Source: Planctomycetota bacterium (GTDB lineage: Bacteria; Planctomycetota; J058). From it: a stretch of 51,960 bases of DNA. Within the stretch, counting starts at the first letter, position 1; every line of letters starts with the position of its first letter. The stretch is taken from contig JAESQQ010000050.1 of NCBI GenBank assembly GCA_016765095.1, positions 1 through 51,960 on the forward strand, given 5' to 3'. Of this stretch, positions 25,754-33,908 are shown in pieces. The notes under the pieces were generated by a model. The model had not been told where the DNA came from. It saw nothing but the letters and a program-made list of their open reading frames with translations, and ran no database searches. The translations under genes were made by a program, and so were the position numbers.

Positions 25754-26476
25754 TCAGAATGCGTTGAGAACCTGCTGAACGAAGGGATCCTCAGGCCGGG
25801 TTTGAGGGTGCTCGGCAATCACCCATCGCCGCCCAGGCTCACTGGCCGCTCCCACGACGTAGCCTCCGCGCCAGCGCACTTTGAGGTTCAGCGCACTCGC
25901 GAAGGGCTCAAACCAGTCCCGACCAGAAAGGACGAGCACCCGCTTCGGCGACAGTTCGTCTAGCTCGCGCCGAATCACGCCGGGCAACCCATTGTTCATT
26001 TGAGCACGGCAGAGGATTGCGCCAGGGTTGCCGCTTCCCCCGCGGGAGAGCTTGTAGAGGTTGCTCCACGCCATGTGGCTGGGCCAGTGGTCGGTGCAGT
26101 CGGGGTCGACGCCAAGTCCTGCTTGGACTCGACGGATGACCCGCCAAAACGCTGACGTGTTGGTGTTGTAGCGCCCCCGCTGTCCTCGAAGACTCGTGAC
26201 CCACAACATGGGGCAGGCATCGGCGCGATTCGCCTCCGAAGCGTCACGGGCCCGACGAACGATCCGCTCTCGGCTACTTAGGCGAGCTAGGTCAGCTTGG
26301 CAGAAAGTCGTGTCCCATCCGTTCACCGCTCTACCCAGGACGAGCAGCTCCCCCTGGTAGCGGTGCCCCTTCATGGGCCAGAAAGCGTCGATCTCCGGAT
26401 GGCGAATTCGCCGTCCCCTGCCAACCGCCCCCAACATTGTCCTAAAGCTTGTCTCGTAGCCCTTCGACATCGCCAT
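25754..26476 (-). CDS. Hypothetical protein with weak uracil-DNA-glycosylase-superfamily-like block order
   Basis: 240 aa. LLVLGRAVNGWD (motif-A position), AWSNLYKLSRGGSGNPG (cf. UDG ..TN.vKcRP..NR.P), VLVLSGRDWF and VIAEHPQTRP (motif-B-like HP) occur in the order seen in family-4 UDGs. Similarity judged by eye only. Confidence 0.6.
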   Translation of the reverse strand: MAMSKGYETSFRTMLGAVGRGRRIRHPEIDAFWPMKGHRYQGELLVLGRAVNGWDTTFCQADLARLSSRERIVRRARDASEANRADACPMLWVTSLRGQRGRYNTNTSAFWRVIRRVQAGLGVDPDCTDHWPSHMAWSNLYKLSRGGSGNPGAILCRAQMNNGLPGVIRRELDELSPKRVLVLSGRDWFEPFASALNLKVRWRGGYVVGAASEPGRRWVIAEHPQTRPEDPFVQQVLNAF

Positions 26477-26634
26477 CTAACGCTCTCCTCAGCCATGACC
26501 AGCGGGCCGGGCCACGGGATGGTCCCACGCGCCAGCTAGCCGACCTCGTGGGCATGAGCTCTGCTGGGAAGGGTGAGCGGGTTCGCTTGAGTGACGTCTG
26601 CACGTAGGGCAACTGTCCAGCCAAGCGCTCCGGG

Positions 26635-26784
26635 CTAGCGCACGTCGACGGAGAGCACCCAGCCAACGTCCTTCTTGGTGTTGAGAGCCTGCTTGAAATC
26701 GAGCTTCTCGTTGTCTCTCTTCGCCAGCAGTAGGTGAGTTCGTAGGGGCTCATGCTCACCGCCGAATGTGACAGGTTCGGTCAT
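26635..26784 (-). CDS. Small hypothetical ORF (49 aa)
   Basis: MTEPVTFGGEHEPLRTHLLLAKRDNEKLDFKQALNTKKDVGWVLSVDVR. Balanced composition with GC-rich third positions. Lies in the divergent region upstream of the nuclease gene. No motif. Confidence 0.3.
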   Translation of the reverse strand: MTEPVTFGGEHEPLRTHLLLAKRDNEKLDFKQALNTKKDVGWVLSVDVR

Positions 26785-26855
26785 GCCGCGCAATCGAGGA
26801 GGCTGAGGTGGGCGTGAGCCGTCCACAGGGGCTACCATCGTCGACTGGAGGGGCG

Positions 26856-27998
26856 ATGGCGAGGAAGACTACGACCGGAGATCCGAGGCTCGACGCCCTC
26901 GCAGGGGGAGGGCCTAAGCGGTCCCCGAATGTCCGCGCGCTGGCGCGGTTCGCTGCCAACTCAGACTGCCAGCTCGCGACGGTCGGCTTCGCGGCTCGCA
27001 TCGACTTCGACAAGCTGTTGGTGGGAACTGAGTTCGAGGTCCCGTTCGGACAGTCCCCGTTCGCCTTTCGCCGGGGCGATCGCTTCGAGGATCTCCTCCG
27101 CAAGAACGACTACGATCCGCTGCTAGGACTGTTCCGGGATCACCTCGGGTTCAAGGTGTCGGACGCGCGCGTCAAGAACCTCAGGGGGGGCGCGCGGAAC
27201 CGACGGGGAATGGAGAAGCGCGCCAAGCAGACGGAGGACGAGATCCGCGCCATTATCCAAGGCTCGAAGTCCGCCCCAAACCTGCTGGACGGGGCGGTTC
27301 TCACGCGCGAGATCGCTGGCGTTCGCTCCTACTTCGAAGCTGACGCCATCGCTGCCCAGTTCGACGGCCCGATTCGCGCAGGCGAGGTCAAGTCCTTCCC
27401 CACCGTCGACGGCCAGGCCGACCCCGATAAGGTGGGGGCCGCGGTCGCCCAGGTGTCGATATACATTCTGTTGCTGCGGGAGCTCGTCGCGCGGCTGGGC
27501 GGCGATCCGGAGCAGGCCGTTTCGGACGAGGCCCTGATCATCACGCCGAAGAACACCGGACTGCAACCAACCATGTGCGTACGCCCGGTTCGCGCGCACG
27601 TCGAGCGTGCTCGCCGAATCCTCGACTCGACACCCAGCGCCACGGAGATCGCAGACAGCCTACCGAGGAAGCTCCCGACTTTCGGCTCTATCGCGGACGT
27701 GTCTGCCAGGGAGTCCAAGCGGGTCGACGGTGCTCGCAAGCTAATCGAGGTCATTGGGAACAATTACAGGCCTTCTTGCCTGGCAGCCTGCGGGCTGTCC
27801 CGAATGTGCCGCCACCGTGCGCACGAGCGGGGTGATCCCCAGGTGGTGGGAGGCTCCCTGGAGCGACTGGTCCCGGGGATCAGCTCGCTGGATCGGGTAC
27901 ACAAGCTCGCGGCGGGAGGACGGCCGAAGAAGGAGGAGGCAGCCGTCGCCGAGCAGCTGAAGCGCGCTGCCACCCTCCGCGAGCGGTACGCCAAGTGA
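26856..27998 (+). CDS. Cas4/RecB-family PD-(D/E)xK nuclease with a putative 4-Cys (Fe-S) cluster
   Basis: GGAGGGG precedes ATG 26856. In track-ORF numbering: D179 (FEADAI), E193-V-K195 (GEVKSF), Q215-VSI-Y219 (RecB-family QxxxY), and Cys54 plus C324-x3-C328-x5-C334 (SCLAACGLSRMC), reminiscent of Cas4/AddB C..CxxCx5C. Confidence 0.75.
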   Translation: MARKTTTGDPRLDALAGGGPKRSPNVRALARFAANSDCQLATVGFAARIDFDKLLVGTEFEVPFGQSPFAFRRGDRFEDLLRKNDYDPLLGLFRDHLGFKVSDARVKNLRGGARNRRGMEKRAKQTEDEIRAIIQGSKSAPNLLDGAVLTREIAGVRSYFEADAIAAQFDGPIRAGEVKSFPTVDGQADPDKVGAAVAQVSIYILLLRELVARLGGDPEQAVSDEALIITPKNTGLQPTMCVRPVRAHVERARRILDSTPSATEIADSLPRKLPTFGSIADVSARESKRVDGARKLIEVIGNNYRPSCLAACGLSRMCRHRAHERGDPQVVGGSLERLVPGISSLDRVHKLAAGGRPKKEEAAVAEQLKRAATLRERYAK

Positions 27999-29443
27999 AC
28001 TACCTCGATGTGGTCCTGATCGCCGAGGCGCGAGCGAAGAAGCGGGCGATTCGCTCTGCCCTCAGGCGCCACATTCACCTCACCCGCGATCCCCTGGGCA
28101 TTGTCCTCTGGCAGCTTGGGGCAGAGCCCTTTACAGCAGCCGCCACGGCGTGGGGCTTCGGACCCAAGGAGCCACAGGTCTCCGTTCCGGGGGAGCCCAG
28201 GAACCGAACCCTCTCCTTTCGAGCACTGCTTCGGCTCGCGAAGGACTTCAACCCTTGGTTCGAGTCAGGCCAGCGCCCCGACGGGAAGACACGATCGGAC
28301 CTTCCCCAGATCGTAGTACCAAACCGTGGAACTCTGACCCTGCTCCGCCGCCTCGGACGGCGCCTGGCGTTTCTTCCCACGACCGGCGAGTGGGCCGCGG
28401 ATCCCGAGTTGGTGCGTATGGGCAAGCACCTTGCGTTTCTCTCGGAGCACGCCCGCACCCCGGGCCAGTCGCTGGTAGTGGTCCTCACGGATCTCCTGTC
28501 CACACACTGGGCGACTGAGCTCTCAAGTATGGAGGCGCAGAGCCTCCCTGCCTTGGAGGCCTGGATCGAGCCGCCGAAGGGCATGAGCGGCTACGACGCC
28601 GCGCGCGCAGCTGAGAGGCTCGAGATCGGCCCGGTCCCAGGCTTGTCTGAGGACGAGGTCATGGACGGGCTCCTGGACCGGTTCAACGAGGAACGAGATC
28701 GCGAGACCGACGAGTCGATTGTGGGTCCGCTCCGCAAGCCCATCGAGAAGCACTACCGAAAGCTCGTGCAGCGAGGTTGGCCGTTCATTTGGCGAGTGCT
28801 GAAGAGGGAACGAGGCCTGTCCGAGGCCGCCTCGGTGAGTCGCCGGTGGACCGAGGATAAGAGGGCCATCGACTGGCACCTCGAGTGGGTCGTGTTGAAG
28901 GGCGGGCACCTGAGCACGCGCTACACCCACAAGCGGGCGGCGATTACCCTGAGACGCTGGGAGGACGCCCAGTCGCAACTCGGGGCCGAACGCGCCCTCG
29001 ACGATCCGCTTCGCATGATCGCCTCCATGCTGAAGAACGAGGCCGTGGTCGGGGTCGTCGTGAACGTGGACGAGGAGAACAGGGAGCAAGGGCCGGTCAA
29101 GCTAGTTAGGCGGCCCGTTGTCACGCTCGAAACCGAGCGGCCCTGCACAATGCCCATTGGGAAGAAACTGTGGTGGTCGGGGCACCCGAAAGGCAAACAC
29201 TACGTCCTGCGCTCCGCTGTGGACACTCCCAGAGGCGGCTCACGGCTGGAGCTCTGCCTGCAGACGAGTCATCGCTCGGTCGTTCGCCCTGCAGAGGGTA
29301 AGGAGGCGATCTTCTCCAGCCACCACGTCAAGAGTCCCTTTTTCGCCCAATGGCCCGACGAACTCCCCTGGACCCATGTCGACTCAGCGACCGCAACGAC
29401 TCGGTCCGTGGAAGACGCCACCGAGGCGTGGGGGGGAGCGTGA
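27995..29443 (+). CDS. Orphan 482-aa protein, no recognisable domain
   Basis: GTG 27995 overlaps the nuclease stop (GTGA) and its own stop overlaps the helicase ATG (TGATG at 29441-29445). Uninterrupted, normal composition. I could not assign any motif. Confidence 0.7.
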   Translation: MNYLDVVLIAEARAKKRAIRSALRRHIHLTRDPLGIVLWQLGAEPFTAAATAWGFGPKEPQVSVPGEPRNRTLSFRALLRLAKDFNPWFESGQRPDGKTRSDLPQIVVPNRGTLTLLRRLGRRLAFLPTTGEWAADPELVRMGKHLAFLSEHARTPGQSLVVVLTDLLSTHWATELSSMEAQSLPALEAWIEPPKGMSGYDAARAAERLEIGPVPGLSEDEVMDGLLDRFNEERDRETDESIVGPLRKPIEKHYRKLVQRGWPFIWRVLKRERGLSEAASVSRRWTEDKRAIDWHLEWVVLKGGHLSTRYTHKRAAITLRRWEDAQSQLGAERALDDPLRMIASMLKNEAVVGVVVNVDEENREQGPVKLVRRPVVTLETERPCTMPIGKKLWWSGHPKGKHYVLRSAVDTPRGGSRLELCLQTSHRSVVRPAEGKEAIFSSHHVKSPFFAQWPDELPWTHVDSATATTRSVEDATEAWGGA

Positions 29444-30798
29444 TGAAGCTCTACAACGAAGCTGTGGTGAAGGCGGCAGATGCTGCCGTCCGCCGTGCGA
29501 TCAAGGGCGCGCTGTCTTCGCTGTCCACCAGGGGAGCTGTCGTGGGGATTGCCCCGGCAGGCGCTGGGAAGTCGTACGCGATTGGCACTGCAGTCCTCGC
29601 AGCGCGGGAAAAGGGACTCCGGGTCGTGGTGGCAACGCCCACGAACGAGCAGGCGTACGCGTTGGTGCACGACTTGGCGGTGCGTCTCGGAAAGCGCAAA
29701 GACAAGGTCACGTTCCTGCCGGCAGTCGGTCGGAGCCTCCCCGCAGTTCACCGTCACCCCAAGGTAGTGGAGAGCAAGGCTCGCGACGCTGGGGCTGCGA
29801 CGATCCGAGTAGGCACCCTCGACAAGCTGGGGGACGCATTCGCCCGGGGCGACCTGAGGGGGGCAGACCTGCTCCTGATCGACGAGGCCTACCAGGCCAA
29901 CGCGGTGCATTACTACAAGGTGGCGGGGATCGCGAAGCGCCACCTTCTCATGGGCGACAGCGGGCAGCTTGCGCCCTTCTCGACGGCACCCGAAGCCGAC
30001 CGGTGGCGTGGACTGGCCGAGGATCCCCTCCTTCGTGCCGTCGAGGTCCTGGACCGCAACCACCCGGGGACCCAGAAGGAGCGGCTCCCGATCACGCGTC
30101 GGCTTGACCCGCGGGCGGTCCCAGTCGTCAGCTCTTTCTATCCGGGGCACCCCTTTCAGGCCGCCGTCCTCCCCGGGGTGCGAGACCTCACATTCCGCGC
30201 GCGCCGGTCTCGCTCGTGGAAGGTGGAGGACAAGCTCCTCGAGCACGCCGCCCTCTCGGGGTGGGCGCACGCCGAGCTCCCGGAGAGCGCGGTCCTCGTG
30301 GACGATCCCGCGGTGGCCAACCTCCTCACTCGCCTAGCCAAGCGGCTGCTGGCCCGCGGGCCGGTGACGGTCTGCGAACGCAGCCGCAAGAAGCGTAAGC
30401 TGACACAGAGCGACATAGTGGTCGTCGTCAGCCACAACGACCAGAAGGACCGACTCAGGATCCTCCTCGACGAAATCGGCCTCCCCGACGTCGTCGTCAG
30501 CACGGCGAACAAGGTCCAGGGCCTCACCTTCGAGGTCGTCCTCGCCTGGCACCCGCTGGCGGGTCTGCAGGAGGCTGACGAGTTCCACTTGGATCCCGGA
30601 CGCATGTGCGTGATCCTGACGCGCCACCGCCACGCCTGCATTGTCGTAGGGCGCGAGGGAGACCGAAAGCTCGTGGAGGGCATTCCTCCTCCGACTCCGG
30701 CCTATCCGGGCTGGGACCTCGATCCCGCCCTTGATGGCTGGTACGCCCACGAGGGCGTATTCAACACGTTGAGTCCACACCGAATCGCGGTTTCATGA
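29443..30798 (+). CDS. SF1 helicase (Upf1/RecD-like, AAA_11/12/30-type)
   Basis: Walker A APAGAGKS, Ia ATPTNEQA, II LLLIDEAYQ, III LMGDSGQLAPF, V STANKVQGLTFEVVL, VI CVILTRHRHACIVVG. Start taken at ATG 29443, not the upstream track start 29350. Confidence 0.85.
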   Translation: MKLYNEAVVKAADAAVRRAIKGALSSLSTRGAVVGIAPAGAGKSYAIGTAVLAAREKGLRVVVATPTNEQAYALVHDLAVRLGKRKDKVTFLPAVGRSLPAVHRHPKVVESKARDAGAATIRVGTLDKLGDAFARGDLRGADLLLIDEAYQANAVHYYKVAGIAKRHLLMGDSGQLAPFSTAPEADRWRGLAEDPLLRAVEVLDRNHPGTQKERLPITRRLDPRAVPVVSSFYPGHPFQAAVLPGVRDLTFRARRSRSWKVEDKLLEHAALSGWAHAELPESAVLVDDPAVANLLTRLAKRLLARGPVTVCERSRKKRKLTQSDIVVVVSHNDQKDRLRILLDEIGLPDVVVSTANKVQGLTFEVVLAWHPLAGLQEADEFHLDPGRMCVILTRHRHACIVVGREGDRKLVEGIPPPTPAYPGWDLDPALDGWYAHEGVFNTLSPHRIAVS

Positions 30799-31137
30799 CC
30801 CCGCGAACAGTGCTGCTTGAGACAGCGGAGCAATCCGCAAGCCCACGCGGAAGAGAGCGCTGGCCCAACTCAAACCCCGACGAGGACTGGTCCGCGCAAA
30901 GCCCCGGGTCGGGCTCGCCCGAGACGATCGCGCCTCACGAATCTTGGCGTAGGCTACTGCCATGCGTTCGATGGCGTCACACTTGCTGGTAAGCCGACTT
31001 ATCATCCCGGCTCAGATCTCCCCTTGGAGAGGCATGGCTCAGGTACCGTTTTTCACCCACAGGCTGAACAATGACAGCCTCGCCTCGGCGCCACAGGAGG
31101 CGAACCGTGAGAACTCCGAATTGGGGTCCACGGGGTG

Positions 31138-33894
31138 ATGGCTGAACCTCCACTGCGCCTGTCCCCCGAACAGAAAAAGGTAGTCGACCACCGCGGCGGC
31201 CCGCTTCAGGTCATTGCCTGCGCAGGTTCGGGAAAGACTGAATCGCTCTCTCGCAGAGTAGCGGCCCTGATCACTGAAGGTACAGACCCGTCGTCGATCG
31301 TCGCCTTCACCTTCACTGAGCGAGCTGCCTCTGAACTGAAAGCGCGGATCGTTCGGCGAGTAGCAGAGAGCCTGGGCGAGCAGTTCCTCGACCGTCTCGG
31401 CCCGATGTTCGTAGGCACGATCCACGGGTATTGCTTTCGGCTGCTCCAGGACCATGTCCCTCGATTCGGAAATTACGACGTGCTCGACGAGCATAGACAC
31501 GCGGGTCTCCTTAGCAGGGAATACAAGCGCCTGGGACTCTCGGCACTGGGACCGAGGCATTGGAGTCCAATTCGCGAATTCACGCACAACGTGGACGTGA
31601 TTGGGAACGAACTGATCGATACAGCTGCCCTTGCAGGAACGCCACTCGGTGTCTGCTACGCGGCATATCGGTCCATGCTGGACCGATACCACTTCATCAC
31701 GTTCGGCCAGATCATCTCCCACGCCGTAGATGCCCTCGAAGATCCCTCGGTGTTTGCGCACGTGCACGCGCCTTTGCGGCACCTATTGGTCGACGAATAC
31801 CAGGACGTCAACCCGGCTCAAGAGCGCTTGATCGAATTGTTGGCACGAGACCCCGTGGAGCTTTGCGTGGTTGGCGATGACGACCAGGCGATTTACCAGT
31901 GGCGAGGCTCGGACCTCCGAAACATCCTGGAGTTCGCGAATCGTCGGGCGGGCACTACGACGGTGAATCTGGCCACCAACCGGCGAAGCCGGCCCGGCAT
32001 AGTGGCGAAGGCCAATTCGTTTGCGGCGACGATTCCTCACCGCTTGGCCAAGTCTATGCAGCATGCCCGAGAGGAGGCACCACACGAAATCGTGCCATGG
32101 TCCTCCGCGACCGAGGAAGAAGAGACGACCACTATCGCCGCCACTATTGCGCGGCTGCATAGTGCTGGGCATCGCTATGCCGACATCGCCGTCCTCTACC
32201 GCTCAGTGCGCACGTCAGCGCCTCCGCTCATCGAAGCGCTCCGCGAACGCAGGATTCCCTTTCAGTGTGGCGGAAGGACTGGTCTTTTCCTACAGAGTGA
32301 GATCGCTCTGTTCGGTGAGACCTTCGCCTGGCTCGTCGATGGTGACTGGAAGGACGAGAGATACGGGAAGCCTCGAAAGGCTGATCTTGGCCAACTGGTG
32401 GCGGGGTATCAGGCTGCCTTCGGAGACGTGCAATTCACCGTAGGGATCGAGCGCTACCTGGAGGACTGGAAGCGCTTTACGCTTCGTGGGAATCGCACAG
32501 TGAGTCTCGTGGGCGATTTCTATCGGTTGTTGGCCGCTCTTGGAGTCGATTCCGTGGACTCAGACACTGCCGAAGGGGCGGCGCGACTGGGCAGCTATGC
32601 CCGCTTCGCCCACGTCCTTGGCGACTTCGAAGCGGTCACACGCCGAGGGCGGTTTGTCGAGACGGACAGCGGCCGGGCATTCAAGGGCGGGCGGGATCGT
32701 GGGAAACACTACCTGCGAGGCCTAGCAAACTACCTTGTGCATTACGCGCGTGACGCCTACGAGGAGTTTGAGGGGGAGGAGGTGGCCTCCCTCGACGCAG
32801 TTAGTATTCTCACGGTCCATCAGGCCAAGGGCCTCGAGTGGTCCATTGTCTTCATACCGGCTCTGGTGGTCGGGCGCTTCCCCGCACGGGCTGCTGGGCG
32901 CACCCAAGACTGGCTTCTTCCCCAGGAGGTTTTCCCAGCTCACAAGCGTGTGCGATATGAGGGAGGAGACAGCGAAGAACGGCGCTTGTTTTACGTTGCC
33001 CTTACACGGGCTCGTGACCTTGTCTACCTCTCTTGCTTTGAGCGGAAGAAGAACAGATTCCAGCCTTCGCCGTACCTACTCGAGGTGGCGGGCTCGATAG
33101 TTCGGCTTGAGGCGGATCTTCCACTACCAGTCGCGACTTTGGCTGGAAGCGAAGAACCACCGCCGCTGGAGGTCTCTTTCTCGAATCTCGCCTTGTTCCA
33201 GGACTGTGGCTACCGCTACCGCCTGCGAGAGGTCTTCGGCTTCGCCTCGGAGATCGCCCTCGAACTCGGATACGGACGAGCGGTGCATCACGTTCTCCGG
33301 CAGCTCGCTGAAGTGGCACGAGAGCGGGGAGCAGTTCCCGAGCCAGAAGAAGTAGACGCGATCATCGAATCCGAGTTCTACCTGCCGTTCGCAAACGCTC
33401 CCGCCTTCGCCCGGATGCGCGCTGCAGCCGCTCGAGTCGTGCGGACCTATAGCACTGAATACGCTGAGGACCTCCAACGCGTCTTCGCGACCGAGCGTCC
33501 CTTTGAACTCCATGTTGCAGACGGGCTGGTGATTGGGCGTGCGGACGTGATCCTCGACAAGGAGGGCGGCGAGGTAGGGGACCTCGCGATCGTCGATTAC
33601 AAGACCACCAATGATGGGACTCACGACGAGCGCTATCGGATGCAGCTCGCAGTTTACGCAGCCGCGGGGAGAGGCGAGGGTCTGATCGTTAGAGCCGCCT
33701 ACCTTCATGAACTGCGCGGCGGCACTCGCAGCGATGTGGATGTCAGCGAGGAGACCACAGCGACGGCCATCCGATCAGCGTCCGAGGCGATCTCCTCCAT
33801 TCGAAGAGGAGAGTTCCGCGCTCGCCCTGACTCCCAGAAATGCAAGGTCTGCGATCTTGCTCAGATCTGCTCCCACAGGGCTGGACCGGCCTGA
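31138..33894 (+). CDS. UvrD/Rep-type SF1A helicase fused to a C-terminal Cas4/AddB-like Fe-S PD-(D/E)xK nuclease
   Basis: LSPEQKKVV..ACAGSGKT, LLVDEYQDVNPAQ, VGDDDQAIYQWRG, NRRS, TVHQAKGLEW, YVALTRAR. Then the nuclease: FQDCGYRY, GRADVIL, LAIVDYKT, QLAVY, and the terminal CKVCDLAQIC (CxxCx5C). Confidence 0.9.
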   Translation: MAEPPLRLSPEQKKVVDHRGGPLQVIACAGSGKTESLSRRVAALITEGTDPSSIVAFTFTERAASELKARIVRRVAESLGEQFLDRLGPMFVGTIHGYCFRLLQDHVPRFGNYDVLDEHRHAGLLSREYKRLGLSALGPRHWSPIREFTHNVDVIGNELIDTAALAGTPLGVCYAAYRSMLDRYHFITFGQIISHAVDALEDPSVFAHVHAPLRHLLVDEYQDVNPAQERLIELLARDPVELCVVGDDDQAIYQWRGSDLRNILEFANRRAGTTTVNLATNRRSRPGIVAKANSFAATIPHRLAKSMQHAREEAPHEIVPWSSATEEEETTTIAATIARLHSAGHRYADIAVLYRSVRTSAPPLIEALRERRIPFQCGGRTGLFLQSEIALFGETFAWLVDGDWKDERYGKPRKADLGQLVAGYQAAFGDVQFTVGIERYLEDWKRFTLRGNRTVSLVGDFYRLLAALGVDSVDSDTAEGAARLGSYARFAHVLGDFEAVTRRGRFVETDSGRAFKGGRDRGKHYLRGLANYLVHYARDAYEEFEGEEVASLDAVSILTVHQAKGLEWSIVFIPALVVGRFPARAAGRTQDWLLPQEVFPAHKRVRYEGGDSEERRLFYVALTRARDLVYLSCFERKKNRFQPSPYLLEVAGSIVRLEADLPLPVATLAGSEEPPPLEVSFSNLALFQDCGYRYRLREVFGFASEIALELGYGRAVHHVLRQLAEVARERGAVPEPEEVDAIIESEFYLPFANAPAFARMRAAAARVVRTYSTEYAEDLQRVFATERPFELHVADGLVIGRADVILDKEGGEVGDLAIVDYKTTNDGTHDERYRMQLAVYAAAGRGEGLIVRAAYLHELRGGTRSDVDVSEETTATAIRSASEAISSIRRGEFRARPDSQKCKVCDLAQICSHRAGPA

Positions 33895-33908
33895 ATAGGA
33901 AAGACAAT

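Noticed and set aside
26442-26759. 105-aa minus-strand ORF overlapping the 49-aa ORF upstream of the UDG-like gene
   Set aside because: The translation is Ser/Arg/Thr/Pro-rich and implausible. The alternative 49-aa frame has better composition, and even that is kept only at low confidence.
30793-31074. ORFs 30793-31005 (-) and 30817-31074 (+) in the 337-bp gap between the SF1 helicase and the UvrD gene; also looked for a structured ncRNA there
   Set aside because: The translations are Arg/Ser/Pro-rich without motifs. Only short, unremarkable hairpins were found (e.g. TCGGGC..GCCCGA, GGCTG..CAGCC). The gap is more likely a promoter or leader region.
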